From Parasitella parasitica NRRL 2501 (Eukaryota > Fungi > Mucoromycota), in assembly GCA_025201805.1 (NCBI GenBank), contig MU619310.1, forward strand, positions 86,124 to 150,123: a DNA stretch of 64,000 nt, in the 5' to 3' direction. The notes under the pieces were generated by a model that had not been told where the DNA came from, made no database searches, and saw only the letters and a program-made list of their open reading frames with translations. Positions within the stretch are counted from its first letter, which is position 1; each line of letters starts with the position of its first letter. Positions 49,534 to 62,951 of this stretch are shown in pieces. The position numbers were made by a program, and so were the translations under genes.

Positions 49534-50325
49534 GATCAAAGTGTGTTGCGAAAATCCGGGGTGCTTGCTTTTAATAAATACAGCAGCTGCTTTCTAAATT
49601 TCGCTGCAATATTATAGAGTTGTCCGAAAATGAGGTCTATTCAGTGCAGGTTATCTGCCAACCCGCTTTACTCGATGGGGCACCTGTTCGGATAATCAGG
49701 TGCCTTCTCACCAATGTATACTTTTCCAATGAGAATGGATTTTGAGGCGATATCAATAATTATATTCTTTATGTGATCTTATAGCAAAAATTTGCAATCT
49801 TTAGATCAGATTTGAAACAACTAAATAAGAATACACTTTCTGAAGGGTCGTAGTGGGAATGCACCAGATGGCGACTACGGATTCCCGAGAAATAATATTG
49901 TGTGTTTCTAAGTATTAGACTAGATAAAAACAGTGTAAGTTTTTAAAAAAAAAACCGCAACAAAGTGTCATGCTCTCAGTAATGTCTTTATGACGATGAT
50001 ATTTGCAGCACAGAAAGAGATGTTGATTTTTGTTCACCATTTAAAACCCTTTTTTTTTGGTTTTTTTTATAGAATTATAAGATACTGACGCATTTGACGC
50101 ATTAATTGATTGTTGTACAATGCTGTATATACACTGTTTCCATGATGTAGTTGACATTATACGCAAAGATGGATTTACACATTTCCGACATGTTTTCAGG
50201 TGTTATATAACAAACGCATTGTGTGTCCTACAAACAAAAAGCAGTAAAGGAGAGCACAAGAACATAATAACTGAGCAGTTCCGTTTTACCCTCTTTCTTC
50301 CTTCTTTCACTTTTTTTCTCAAACT

Positions 50326-50719
50326 ATGTACCATCAAACATATAATCAGCAACCAGGAAGTAATCCAGGGCAGTACTATAGTGCCTCTCCGCCAGGACAA
50401 TACTATAGTGCTCCTCCACCAGGACAATACTATAGTGCTCCTCCACCAGGACACTACTATCATCAAGCGTATTTACATTCTTATCAAGATACTACATGAA
50501 ACTAAATTACAACTATTACTATGTATATTGTAGGCTAGCACCATAGCCTATTGTTATTCAGCAAGAAAGGCCTAGACAGGATGATCATTCATGTTGCTGG
50601 GGATGGTAAGACGTACATTATCATCTTGATAAAGCTATTGCAGAAATCTAAATGCCATCTTTGATACTCTTAGTTTGATAGCTCTATGTATTTGCTGTGC
50701 TATCGATGAAATATGCTAG
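50326..50719 (+). CDS. Small CYSTM-family (Pro/Tyr/Gln-rich, Cys-rich TM) protein with an in-frame TAG. Exons 50326-50468, 50534-50605, 50674-50719.
   Basis: Spliced translation MYHQTYNQQPG(PGQYYSAPP)x3...ALAP*PIVIQQERPRQDDHSCCWGCLIALCICCAIDEIC*. The ORF track misses it. Confidence 0.8.
50365..50460 (+). repeat. 27-bp coding repeat, about 3.5 copies (PGQYYSAPP)
   Basis: CCAGGACAATACTATAGTGCTCCTCCA units. Confidence 0.9.
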
Positions 50720-51319
50720 AATAGATTCACTTTGTATGTTCTTATACAAATAAAGACATCTAAATGGACAAATCTATCATCACACCTGCGATATCAGTTG
50801 TTACCCTATACATGTCAAGACCTCCTCTACTCCTGTCCCTTAAAGATAGAACTATAATTCGTCGTTCCATAGCAATATCCTTGTTTTAGACAAGAAATCC
50901 TTACAAAAAAACAGAATCAAGGTCATACTTTTACCCCGTATGCCTAAAAAACTGTTCAAATATCTACAGTTTGCCATGTAAGCAACCGATCAGAAAACAA
51001 ACAAAACTGGTGACCACCGTGCTTCGCATGCATAAATCAGCTTTTATGTTATGATAACGCCCAGGCATCAGCGAACAGTACGCAAATAGTACCATGCATC
51101 ATATGATGAAGGAAAATATGATAATGTGTTTCAAGATGCCTTCAAGTAAAGAATGCCATCACTGGGTTAATTTGTTGTAGGACAACTACCGTGAATCTTA
51201 AACCCCCTCTTTTTCCTTTTTTTTTTCATTATTTCTTTCTCTTACTTCTCCTTATTTCATTTATTTTGTCCGAGCTTCATAGGCCAGAAAGTATTCTTTT
51301 TCTTCCATAACTTTATACC

Positions 51320-53628
51320 ATGTCTTCTTTTCAAAGAAGATTCTCATCTCTATTGAGTCCTGGCGATTCACAACCTACACAGCCGCCAAAATCTGCTTCT
51401 TCGACATCAAATAATTTATCTCCAGACATGACTTTATTCAGCTCTTCAAGCAATGGTAGTAATTTGCAACTCTCACCTACGGATCATCACCATCAAAGAC
51501 CTGTTTCCGAAATTTTAAAACCTGAGAATTTCATTTCTCCTGAAAGTAAGGCTGTCATTTTAAATTGTAGGTCCATGTCTTGATCCTCTGATTCACTATA
51601 GCTAAAGTGCTTGATGAATGGTTTGAAGATCTACAGCAATATGAAAGCAGTCTTGAATCAATGGCTACAGCTAGCTTGGATCCCAATTACAAAGAAGAAA
51701 TACAGCATGTTGATCAATGGTTTCGGTACCTAAATGAAGCGGAGCGCACTGCAACAATTTATACTCTTCTTCAACATTCAACTCAGATTCAGATAAGATT
51801 TTTCATTGCTGTCTTGCAACAAATGGATAAAAAAGACCCAGTAGGTGCTTTATTATCACCGGCTCATCCGGAAAAAGGTAAGCAGCATTGAATATCAAGC
51901 ATATACTTTTCTGAACAAGAAAAAAAAAAAAGTTGATATGCAGGCACAACTAACAGGAGCAATGAAGAAGGCTGAATTAGAAGCCAGTCAGATGCTGCTC
52001 TCTGTATTACCATATCAAACAGGCCAAGTCATTGCTAGAACGAATGGAAATGCTATAAGGCGACATCAGATTGATAGGCATTCGTTTGCCCTGGGCGATA
52101 CGCAGGAATATGACCGCCTCTTCCCAAGAACCCCAGGAGATTATTCAAGAAATCCTAATGGAAATTTTTTGACGGAAAGTAACAATATGCAACAGCAAAG
52201 AGGAATTTTCGACCAGCCTATACAAAGCACTAGACCAAAATCAGTCATTGAGGGGAGCACTGATCTTTCTTCTATCTTTCATAATGACTGGCTTTATGGG
52301 GGTTTTGGTCAGCATCAACATCAACATCATCAACAACAGCAACAACAACAGCAGCAGCAGCAGAGACAGATTCCGGTAGGCTCTAATAGACCAAAATCAG
52401 CTGATATTACAAACTGGTCATTTGGAATCACTTCCTCAGTTAGTTCGAAAAGTATGCGTGATAACATCAAAGATCCATTGGTGTCGCCTTGGTCAGGAAT
52501 TTCTCCTACTGTAGCCACATTTGGTGAAAAGCAGCAATTGCAGCAACACCAACAGAATACGACGGCATCAGAAATGGATCAGCTATCTATGATGACTAAT
52601 AATTGGAACTTGGGTAGTGGTATCAATGCTATTAAGGCTAACAAGAGATCTTCTGTCATCTTAAGTGATGATGCCAGCGGATTTCGACGACGCACAACAG
52701 CAATGAACAGAACTAGTATTCCTGGGACATTACCTGAGATAGTAGATGAGCATTTTTCAAAGCATCACACACCGCCTATGACACCTGTGCCTAATAATAC
52801 AAATAACCCCCCTACCAATATTGTTTTATCTTTATATGATGAATCTGCTACTACTCCCTCGACCTCTACTCATTTATTTGGAAACGGTGAAATTGGCAAG
52901 AATGGTAGCAGTCCAGAGACTTACTATAAACTACAACAGCAACATGAATCCCCTGCATTATCCCAATCTAATTCTGTGAGCTCATTCAATCGTGTGGCCC
53001 CCGTACCTAAACATTCTAGTTTTGGTCAGTTTTTGAATCCAAATGATCGTGTAGTTACCAATGATTCCACAGAGACTGGATACTACAGTGATCATAGTGA
53101 CACTTCAAATAGAAGCAATGGATCTAAATCAAGCTACAACAAGAGAAAGAGCGCACATTATGCAGGAAATAATGTTGTTTATGGAGGATATTACAACACC
53201 CCTGTATTGAGAAATGCCACAAACTTTGCTTCCAATATCAGTAGCAATGGTATTAACGGCAATGTAAAGGACAAGAAGAGTTTAGACGTCGTTGATATAA
53301 GTCTATTGGAAGGTACGTCAGTATATGTGCATGTCAAGGTTCTGCGAACCAAAATCATCCGGTAGATATTCCTGCTTGGCTCAGAAGTCTTCGTTTGCAT
53401 AAATATAATCCTATTTTCGAACCCATGAAATGGCGGGAAATGTTGAAAATGGATGATGAAGCTCTTTTGAATAGAGGTGTTGCGGCCTTAGGCGCAAGAC
53501 GCAAGTTGTTGAAGGTTTTCGATCAAGTTAAAGCCCATTGTGATACACATGTAAGTCGCTGGTATAGAGTTATGCAGTAGCATCAATACTTATGTGTTGC
53601 CCTTTCGTGATAGAACATTTCATATTAA
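51320..53628 (+). CDS. VTS1: Vts1/Smaug-family SAM-domain RNA-binding protein, multi-exon
   Basis: WFEDLQQYE...[29 protein letters not shown], repeated RPKS motifs, poly-Q, and the SAM domain [14 protein letters not shown]...[15 protein letters not shown]. Confidence 0.92.
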
Positions 53629-53804
53629 AATTTATTCATTATTTTTTTGATTTATTATCCTTCTTAATCAGCTTGTACGAATCTCCTCATTGAATCTGCA
53701 TATAATAACATTCTACAAAATACGATGATTTTTGGTACTACAAGCGATAAAGATGTACCATAGACGGTTGAAAAAAACCTCCCCAACAGATAGATGTAAC
53801 TCCT

Positions 53805-55638
53805 TTATCTAGGGGAAATACCGAAATCCAACACTTGAAAGGATGTCTTTTCTTGGCTACGTAAAAATAAAAGAAATAAAAAAAAATGAATATTATAGAA
53901 AGAGGAAATCAAACAAAAAAGAAACTTACTTGTGGATGGCCACAATGCATTTACTTTTGTTAAAGGTGACCCACCACACGCCTTTAACATCGCTTACTAA
54001 ATCGTAAAGATACCTGCCAGTCTTGATGTCCCACATTTTCAATCCACCTTCGGAACCTGATATCACCTTTTCATCGTCGTGCTTGAAGCAAGTAATGGCA
54101 CCTTCGTGTCCATGTTTGCCAGCCAACACATGTTCGCAAACCCCAGTTTCGGGATTCCAAATGCGCAAGGTCTTGTCAGCAGCAGCACTTACTAAATGTT
54201 GACGGTTCAGTCCCAGTAAACCAACAAGAATGGAATGGCCATCTAATTTGTGTAAACATTCACCAGTGACTAGATCCCAGATATAGATGGTGCTGTCCAT
54301 ACTGCCACTCATGCACTGCTGTCTCCACGGGTCGATGACTACGGAATACACATTGCTGGTATGTCCTTCCATGCGGTGGATCATTCGCCCTGTTTCCAAA
54401 TTCCAAACAGCAACTGTATTATCATAACTTCCGCTAACCAGCGTATTTCCATGAGCAGCAATTGAGCGAACTGAATTGGTGTGCCCAACAAACAAAAATT
54501 TGAACCATGGATTAGTTCCCTCTCCTAAATATTGTGCAGCTTCTGTTTCAACATCTGGTAAATTCCAAACGCGGATAGAAAAGTCTCGAGAGCCCGTTAC
54601 AATAAGTGGCTGACTTGGCTCTAATTTACCATTTGTCATTACTGGCATGACGATTAATAGGCACCGAACAGTTGAGGTGTGCCCCTTGAAGATATGTGTA
54701 CATTTACGTTCACGCATGTTCCAGACACGCACTGTACGGTCTATGGAGCCACTCACCAATGTGTTATCTACATACTGTAATGCCCACACTCCTCCTCCAT
54801 GACCATCCAACTGATACATCTGAGAAGGATCATTTGTATTATAGACGTTAATCATAGCATCTGTAGCACCACTGACGATTTTATCTTCGTCAAACTGCAG
54901 ACAGGTTACAATGTTGTCAGTGTGTCCTTGAAATTCTGTGCGTTTAAAACGCCCTTTTTTCCAGTTCAGTTGTAATGTGTATTGATACTTGTAATGATCT
55001 TTAAACGCCTTTGTAGTGTGAGTTGAAGGTAATTCGAATCCACTTTTTTCTAGCAGACGTTGCCATGTATTTTTATCCCCGTCAATGATATGCTGCCATA
55101 TTTTACTAACACTTGAGGCTGTGCATAAAGATTGAACATCCAAATAGCTAATCACTTGGAGTTTTAATTCGTATGGTAAAGAAGCCAAGAAATCCCTTTT
55201 AAGTACGGGCATGATAAGGGAATTTAGCAGTTGCAGCGTATTGATATTTGAACGCTTTAACAGGTGAAATAGAGTGGTAGACTGAGCGTGGGGTGATAAG
55301 GATTCAAATTCCTTCGCTAGTTGAGGCATATTTTGAATAGCTTCCAATACTTTTGGGATAGCTGAAGGGGAGGGGATAGACGTTTGACAGTATGTAACTT
55401 GCTGTTGCTGCGAGCTGCAGTGGTTTATGCTTTCGTATAAATCCTTTGAAAGTTGTTAGTATAATTAACCTATCCTTTGATTTATAACATTCACCAGAGA
55501 AAGACGAGGCGGTATGCTTGCGTTTATTAATGGGTATTGGTGATTTTTAGGTGATGAATAAGAAGAATTGTTTTCATTTGGATCAATAGTTATTTGTACA
55601 ATAGAAGTGGATGGTTTCCTTTGTTGGTTTTCTGGCAT
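53805..55638 (-). CDS. F-box/WD40 SCF substrate receptor, Cdc4/Fbw7-like
   Basis: F-box LKRDFLASLPYEL...VSKIW followed by WD40 repeats (VTCLQFD, GHGGGVWALQY, GHTSTVRCL, SGSYD, SGSMD). The last exon ends VLDFGISPR*. Confidence 0.9.
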
Positions 55639-55722
55639 CTTATGGTATTTACAATAGTTATTTTCTGTTTGTTGAAAAAGAAGAAAGAAAAAACGCTTTA
55701 AAAATTTACCCTTTTTTATTTT

Positions 55723-57088
55723 TTAATGAAAAATTATGTCTCTGCTTTTTTTTGGCGATGGGGAATATCGTCGGTAACCTTCTCTTTCTTTGACGATATC
55801 TAGGGTTTACGTCTTTAGTTACTATCCATAGTTTAATGAGAACTTATTTTACCAAAATAAGGATGTGACATGGCTTCTCGTGCAGTTAATCTTTCTTGAT
55901 GGTCATATCTCAATAATTTGTCTAGAAAATCAAATAATTCGGCCGACATGTATCTTTTGTTGTGAGGCCCAACAAATTTGGACCAAGGTATAGGTTTGCA
56001 TCTGCAAAAAAAAAAAAGGCGTGTCTGTAATTACCAAGACTAACTAATATAATCACTTACTGTTTGATTAAACCATCATATTGTCGACTTAGGGTAAGTT
56101 GGTATTTTTTCAAGTATGTATTAAATGCCGTTGTTCCAAGCACTTTAGTTATGACAACTAGCTGGTCATAATTGTCCTGGCCATTGAAGAAGGGGTCTTT
56201 TCGAAATACTATGCCAGCCAGCATTGCTCCATAGCTCCATAAATCTAGACTGTAATCGTAGAGTTTCAAGTCCACTAATAATTCAGGACCTTTGTAACAG
56301 CGAGATGCCACACGAACGTTGTATTCAGTCTTGGGCAGATAAAAATCGGCCAATCCCCAATCAATCAACCGCAACTACCATTATGCATTAGATAAGCAGC
56401 ATAGTCGACAATGATTTATAAATCTAATCCGAAAGCCTTACTTTGCGATGTTCATGGTCAATCATGACATTGTGTGGTTTAACATCACGATGCATTATAC
56501 CATGTGAATGGCTATATTCCAATGCCTTTAGTAGTTCAAACATATAAAACCGGACATCGTAATCTGTGAATCGAGGATAAAGTATCTTGAATTCCATGTT
56601 ATTAATGTGCTCAAATATCAATGAGGGAGTTTTCGACTAACACGCTGCTATTACTCGACATGCATATTTCATATCTACATTGGATTACCTACCTGAGGGT
56701 CTCGCACGATGTCCAATAATTCAATAATGTTAGATCCACCAGACAAATTTTGAAGTATCTTTATCTCTCGCTTAATCTTCTTTTTCTTGACTGGCTTCAG
56801 GACTTTGATCACTACTTGAGTTTGTGATGGTGTATGCCTACCCTCGAACACTTCAGAATATTTTCCTCGGCCTATTTTTTTGCAGATTTCATACAAGTCT
56901 TGGTTGCTATAAAAGATTTTAAGTACTTTTTGGCTTATACATACAATCAATTTGTACAAAATCAATTACCCCCAAACGACCTGCAACATGTCGTAATCGT
57001 AATATTTGGGCGATCTTTCCAAACTTGCGTTAGTGTAAACTCGCGCGATACTTGGATCAAAGGCACTCTCGCTCATAGGAGCATCCAT
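55723..57088 (-). CDS. Casein kinase II catalytic alpha subunit (divergent paralog), multi-exon
   Basis: [51 protein letters not shown] and HPYF. The 3' end assumes a final intron; without it the stop is near 55834. Confidence 0.92.
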
Positions 57089-58294
57089 GGTACTTTTAAG
57101 TGAGTGTTTATTTAAGGAAAGGGGAGAACGACAGCAAAGCTGCATTATTTATATTTAAACAATGTGACGTAACTTCTCTTCAAGTGCAGGCCAAAAATGT
57201 GCAAAATTTCAATATAGGAGGTGAGTTGAGATAGTTATTCTTATGATGCTTTACTCCATGATCAACTTGAGACACATATCGTCTTTAAACTCTTTTTAAC
57301 AATTTTCTTTGCCTTCTCTGGACGGGTCACTTCATATTACACCCGCTCCTTTCAAATATTCAATTCAATAATATTTTTTTTATGAGTTTATTTCTTAATA
57401 AATCTTCATACTTACAAACAAAAAAAAAAAAATTATGATGCTTTAGAATATAATGTACAAAATTTAAGGTGTAGATACTGTATCACAATATAGGTAATGA
57501 TTAGACAGTTATTTTCAAGAAGCCAATGGTTCAACTAACATAATACGTATTATGACTAGTTCACTAATTAATTGACAAAGTATACAATCTTGAAGATAGT
57601 TTTTTCAAGGGAAACAGGCCAGCTTTATATTTACTTCTATAGTAGGTATTTCAGTGGCTCAATCATAGTTCTTGTGTCATTCGTAAATTTACTAGACTTC
57701 AATCTCTAAAGCTATTGTCTCTAATGACTCCTCCTCATACAATGAACCTATTTTAATATTACCAAGAACTTGAAAGACAGAGAAAGCTCGAACTTTACAT
57801 ATAGAATAATCTACTACCTTTATGTAATCTTAATAAAGATATAATGAATATTACATATTGAGCTGCTCTTTTACCGTAATTGTATATCATCTGATAGTAT
57901 AATTTTGTATTCATGTTGATTAAAAATATATTGGATGACTCCCTTTATTATATTTTGAATGAGAAGTATTCATTGATGAAGTCCGAAAATTTCTTGTCGA
58001 CCAAGTTCATACATTGTGTAATATTTTTAGGTTTACTATAGAAGAATTATTGTTAAATAGAATAAAGATTTATAAATATAATATAAATGGGTATTTATAC
58101 TAATTGATTCTGATAAACTATAAGAGATGGATGTGATAATATATATAGATTCGGGCACGTAGATATAATGGTTGAGGGACATGGAATATACTTGGTAATA
58201 TTCAGTAATGTATGATGACCATGTCAAATGACATAAGCCAGAGACAACACATCTTTATTTAACTAGTTAAATCATCAATGTAGAACCTGCCAAT

Positions 58295-58616
58295 TGTTGT
58301 GATCTGCAAGATCGAAAATAAGAAAAGTGTTATGTCAAAAGTCTGATAAAATAAATCTGCCAAAAAATTACCCTTTTATTCATAATACATCTCTCGATGT
58401 ATTATATACACATTCATTACACTAGGTTTCTACTGTCTAGCTGCATAATGTAAATCATGACTACCCATGATTTACTGTAAGACCCTAGGACTGATCTGAG
58501 ATCCTGATGTGAGACCTTGCCATGTTATTGATATAACAAAAAGTATAAAATAAAACGCTGAATTAACGAAAAACGAAGACTTGAGATTATTTTATTAGAG
58601 ATTCAACTTTGCATCT
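58295..58616 (-). mobile_element. Partial solo LTR (family A), interrupted by another solo LTR
   Basis: 58295-58327 plus 58544-58616 align with the LTR at 59273 onward. Confidence 0.8.
58328..58538. mobile_element. 211-bp solo LTR (family C) with AAAAG target-site duplication
   Basis: TGTTATGTCAA...TTGATATAACA termini, with AAAAG at 58323-58327 and 58539-58543. The empty site is visible in the copy at about 59300. Confidence 0.85.
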
Positions 58617-58845
58617 TGATCTGCTATAATGTAGGATAGGAGATCATGATAATGTACTTCAATTAAAGATTGGAGGTTGTCCAATGATGTGTTGTTATAT
58701 TTGTCAAAACAGGAGAATAAAGTCTTTGTTTCAAATCAAGAAGGCTATCTGTAGCACAGATCTGTATGATTGACAAACAATAAGGTACTGTCCGATCAAA
58801 GATCAATAGCCTTGTAGTATAATAATACATTGTACATAAGGTTAT
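58617..58845 (+). mobile_element. Partial family-A LTR in the opposite orientation
   Basis: Starts TGATCTGC and is the reverse complement of about 59490-59704, with scattered mismatches. Confidence 0.82.
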
Positions 58846-59272
58846 ACAACAAGGGCTACACACGTCTGATGTATACGCACTGCTACATCTTCACTATATC
58901 AATTCCTACTGCAATGGAATGGTATAACTAAAAGCAAGTAACTAAAAAAAATAAGACTCAAATGTCACACATAGTCGACTCATGCCATTCGAGTTCGCAT
59001 AACATATAAAGTCATATAAATCGAATCGAATTACAAATACAACAATTTAAGACCTTATCAATGAATGTCGTGTGAAGGAAAACACTCCTGATGATCAAAG
59101 TGCTTTCCCTTACACAATAAACATTCAGTATAAGAACAATAATGACAAAGATATCAATTATGGCAGCTCGTCATTCAATGAGTTTTTCTCATCATTCTAG
59201 ATAAGGATATCTTTAACAGAATAACTAAAGTATGACGATAGCCATCCTAACACGGCCAACTAATATTACGCA

Positions 59273-59704
59273 TGTTGAGATCTGCAAGATCGAAATAAGA
59301 AAAGTATAATATAAAACGTTGAATTAACGAGATACGAAAACTTGAGATTACTTTGTTAAAGATTCAACTTTGCATCTGCTATTTATACTTTTTACAACAA
59401 CATAAATTTTTGGTGACTTATTTAAAATACTAGTCGATAGTAATCGATAAGAATAATTTGCAAGCAACATCATATCCTTAACAGGGTACGATATATTATT
59501 ATACTACAAGGTTATTGATCTTTGATCTGACAGTACCTTATTGTTTGTCAATCATACAGATCTGTGTTACAGATAACCTTCCTGATTTGAAACAAAGACT
59601 TTATTCTCCTGTTTCGACCAGTATAACAACACATCATTGGACAATCTCCAATCTTTAATTGAAGTACACTATCATGATCTCCTAACCTAAATTATGGCAG
59701 ATCA
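59273..59704 (-). mobile_element. Complete 432-bp solo LTR (family A) with ACGCA target-site duplication
   Basis: TG...CA termini, ACGCA at 59268-59272 and 59705-59709, and TATAAATAG on the minus strand. Confidence 0.88.
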
Positions 59705-60614
59705 ACGCAAATCTCCTTCAATGGTGAAAGCATTCAGCATAATTTGCTTCTCCTTAAAACTTAAAATTAAACAACGACAAATTAACGCATTGACTCTCAG
59801 ATCAATGCTTCATCCATGAGAACTGATATACAACAATTCGAATCCTGTAAATACTAAGATGTTTTTCTCTAGATAAAACCTCAGCATACTTTTATAATAA
59901 AGAACCCCAAACTTGATTATAATTGTAATTTCATATCGCTTTTATTTTTATTTTTTTTATTTTCGTAAATCTTTCAAATTTACTGCACCTACAAGTAATA
60001 CGCTTGCTGGTTTACTGCGAATATATTATATGATTGTATCAGAGATACGAATCAGTATAAAATCTCAACTGTCACTGGATATCGCAATGTCTCGGCTGCC
60101 ATGACATCAATAAGATATGCGGACTTGCTCAAATGTCAAGGTGCGAACAAACTATTTGATATATGTTACATCAGCTCATATTCTTGGATCGATCTCAACA
60201 ATGAAACATACCAAAAGCAATTGACAATGCTAACACGGTGTATTTTTTATTCGTTCATCGACAGTGACAACATAGTATTACATTAATCTATTGGTTATTA
60301 CAGCCACCATCTCACTCGTAGTAAATAATTGGAGATATATGCGATAAAAAAATATAATAAAAAAAGCGGAAAGGATATACAATTATAACTCTTCGATATT
60401 TATTCAAAGTTAAAAATGTAAGCCAAGATCCATCAAGTTGAAAGATCTTGGATGTATTTATATAAAATATAATCTGTATATTTCATGTTACTAATGCAGT
60501 AACTGGATTGTCTCCAATTTAGGCTTCATGGGAAAGCAGTAACGACTGTGGTTTATAAGGAGTACAAAGGTGTACAATTGTCTTTATATGTTGAATGTTA
60601 TAAATGATGATATT

Positions 60615-62950
60615 TGTCATGTTCAATGTTGTTCTCAAGGACACGGTTCTTAATAAAGAAATTTCTTCCTAATTCAAATAAGAAGGCTATGATTTAATAA
60701 GGGAAAGGTGGGGAAAGATAAGAAGATTGCTAGGGATATTTAATAGGGGAATTCGATGAGAAGATCTGACGAAGAAAACTCTTCTTTGCTGGTCAAAATG
60801 GCCTCTATTTACACCTTTTTGCGAGCTGTCTAGTTCACTGAAATGTGAACTAGACTATTTACTATAATGTGAATCAATTACAGTAGGTAGATAGGATATC
60901 GTGGATCAATAAGTCAATAGTATAATGTGGATGAGTAAGGCAAGAATGACAGTGTGAATCAGAGAGGCAAGAATGCAATGTGGATTGATTAGGGAAGAAC
61001 GAGGTGATATATATTTTTAGATCAAGATGTATAATTGTTTGGGCTTGAAGGCTCGACAGGTTCATGACAGAACTTCCCCCTTGAGCTCGAGCTCCGTAAA
61101 AGTTGGACTCTTGGCTTGGTAGGATGTTCTCTGTGGAAGTTTTCAATAAGTGTTCTACAGTTCTTTAGATTTTCTACTGGTTCCCAAGTTCTATCCATAA
61201 TGGAGTAATTTCGCCAATGTACCAAGTATTGTNNNNNNNNNNNNNNNNNNNNNNNNNNNNNNNNNNNNNNNNNNNNNNNNNNNNNNNNNNNNNNNNNNNN
61301 NNNNNNNNNNNNNNNNNNNNNNNNNNNNNNNNNNNNNNNNNNNNNNNNNNNNNNNNNNNNNNNNNNNNNNNNNNNNNNNNNNNNNNNNNNNNNNNNNNNN
61401 NNNNNNNNNNNNNNNNNNNNNNNNNNNNNNNNNNNNNNNNNNNNNNNNNNNNNNNNNNNNNNNNNNNNNNNNNNNNNNNNNNNNNNNNNNNNNNNNNNNN
61501 NNNNNNNNNNNNNNNNNNNNNNNNNNNNNNNNNNNNNNNNNNNNNNNNNNNNNNNNNNNNNNNNNNNNNNNNNNNNNNNNNNNNNNNNNNNNNNNNNNNN
61601 NNNCCGACATCCCGCGATCTGATCTAGATGTATTCTTTGAATAAGCCTGGAACCTTGCAAGAGGTCCAATTATACAACTTGTAGCTTATTCCTTATTTGT
61701 AAAAGAATTACCAACAATTAATATCATGATCCGTGCATTATGACTAAGTTAGATATGACATATGTAGTCTTTATATGGATACAACATCATATTGTACTTT
61801 TTGTCTGTGGATGCGGGAATCTACTATGTAATCTACTTCGTATTCTTCATGATCGTCTATGATGACAGGAGGTAATTCTTTGGGTGTTCGTCCTGGAATT
61901 GTATCCTTAACAAAAGGTTCTAATAGGTTGATATGAAATACTGGATGTATTTTCATTGTCTGAGGTAGCTCCAGTCTATAACTTCTTGAACCAATCCTTT
62001 CTTTAATTGTGTATGGTCCTAATCTTCGGTAGTCTAGTTTTGCAGTTGGCCTTTGCGTCTTGATGTTTTTTGAGAGTAACCAGACTTTATCACCAACATT
62101 AAATGTGGGCCCAGGCAACACTTTGTTGTTATAAAATTTCGCTTGAGTTTCTTGTGCTATCGCAATGTTGTATTTTAATTCCTCATGCAGTTGTTTTAAC
62201 AGCTTTGCTTTGTCAATTGCTGGTGAGCTTCCTTTTGTGGTGTGTGGCAGGGTTAATGAGAAGTGTGGTTCATAACCGTAATTTGCAAAGTGAGGAGTTA
62301 CACCAGTGGTTGAATGTGTTTTCGAGTTGTATGCAAATTGAGCAATGCATAGGAATTTACTCCAATCTGATTGATGGTAGTTGATGTAGCAGCGCAAGTA
62401 TTGTTCGAGTATGGAATTTATGCGTTCCGTTTGTCCATCTGTTTGTGGGTGAAAAGCTGTTGACATATTCTGTTTGACGTTGAATATTTTTAGCAGGGCT
62501 GTTGTGAACTTTGATGTAAACGTAACACCTCTGTCTGAAACAATGTCGGCAGGGAATCCGTAATGGCAAAATACATGTCGTAACAATAGATCACAAGTTC
62601 CTTCCGCATCGATGGTATTGTAAGTTGGTAGGAATATGGCCATCTTTGTGAATCTGTCTACAATAACACAAATAGCTGTATAACTATCTGATGGCGGCAA
62701 TTCTGTAATAAAGTCCATTGAGATAGATGTCCAAGGTTTTTCAGGTATCTGTAATGGTTGTAACAAACCGTATGGTTTATGATGGGCATTTTTGTTTCGT
62801 AGACAAGTATCGCAGCCTGTTACGTATCGCTTTACGTATGATCTCAAGTCAGGCCAGTAATATTCTCTTGCTACTCGTTCGTATGTTTTCGTAATACCGA
62901 AATGACCAGCTGTTGGGCTGTCATGGCATTGTTCTAAAATGGTTTTCTTC
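60615..62950 (-). mobile_element. 3' half of a Ty3/Gypsy chromovirus: integrase + chromodomain, PPT and 455-bp 3' LTR (60615-61069)
   Basis: HHCC (HDSPTAGH...CDTC), SMDFI / VSDRG / TERIN DDE, GPY, chromodomain EEYEVDYIVDSR...QY|LVHWRNY..TWEP, PPT AAGGGGGAAG and LTR TGTCATG...CATGACA. Confidence 0.93.
61232..61789. mobile_element. LTR-type insertion within the chromodomain, partly inside the assembly gap 61233-61603
   Basis: TATTG is duplicated at 61227-61231 and 61790-61794. The insert ends in CA at 61789. Confidence 0.7.
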
Positions 62951-62951
62951 T

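Noticed and set aside
58051-58264. Additional solo LTR (TGTTAAATA...TATTTAAC)
   Set aside because: The terminal inverted repeat is suggestive, but the CA end is altered and there is no clean TSD or second copy.
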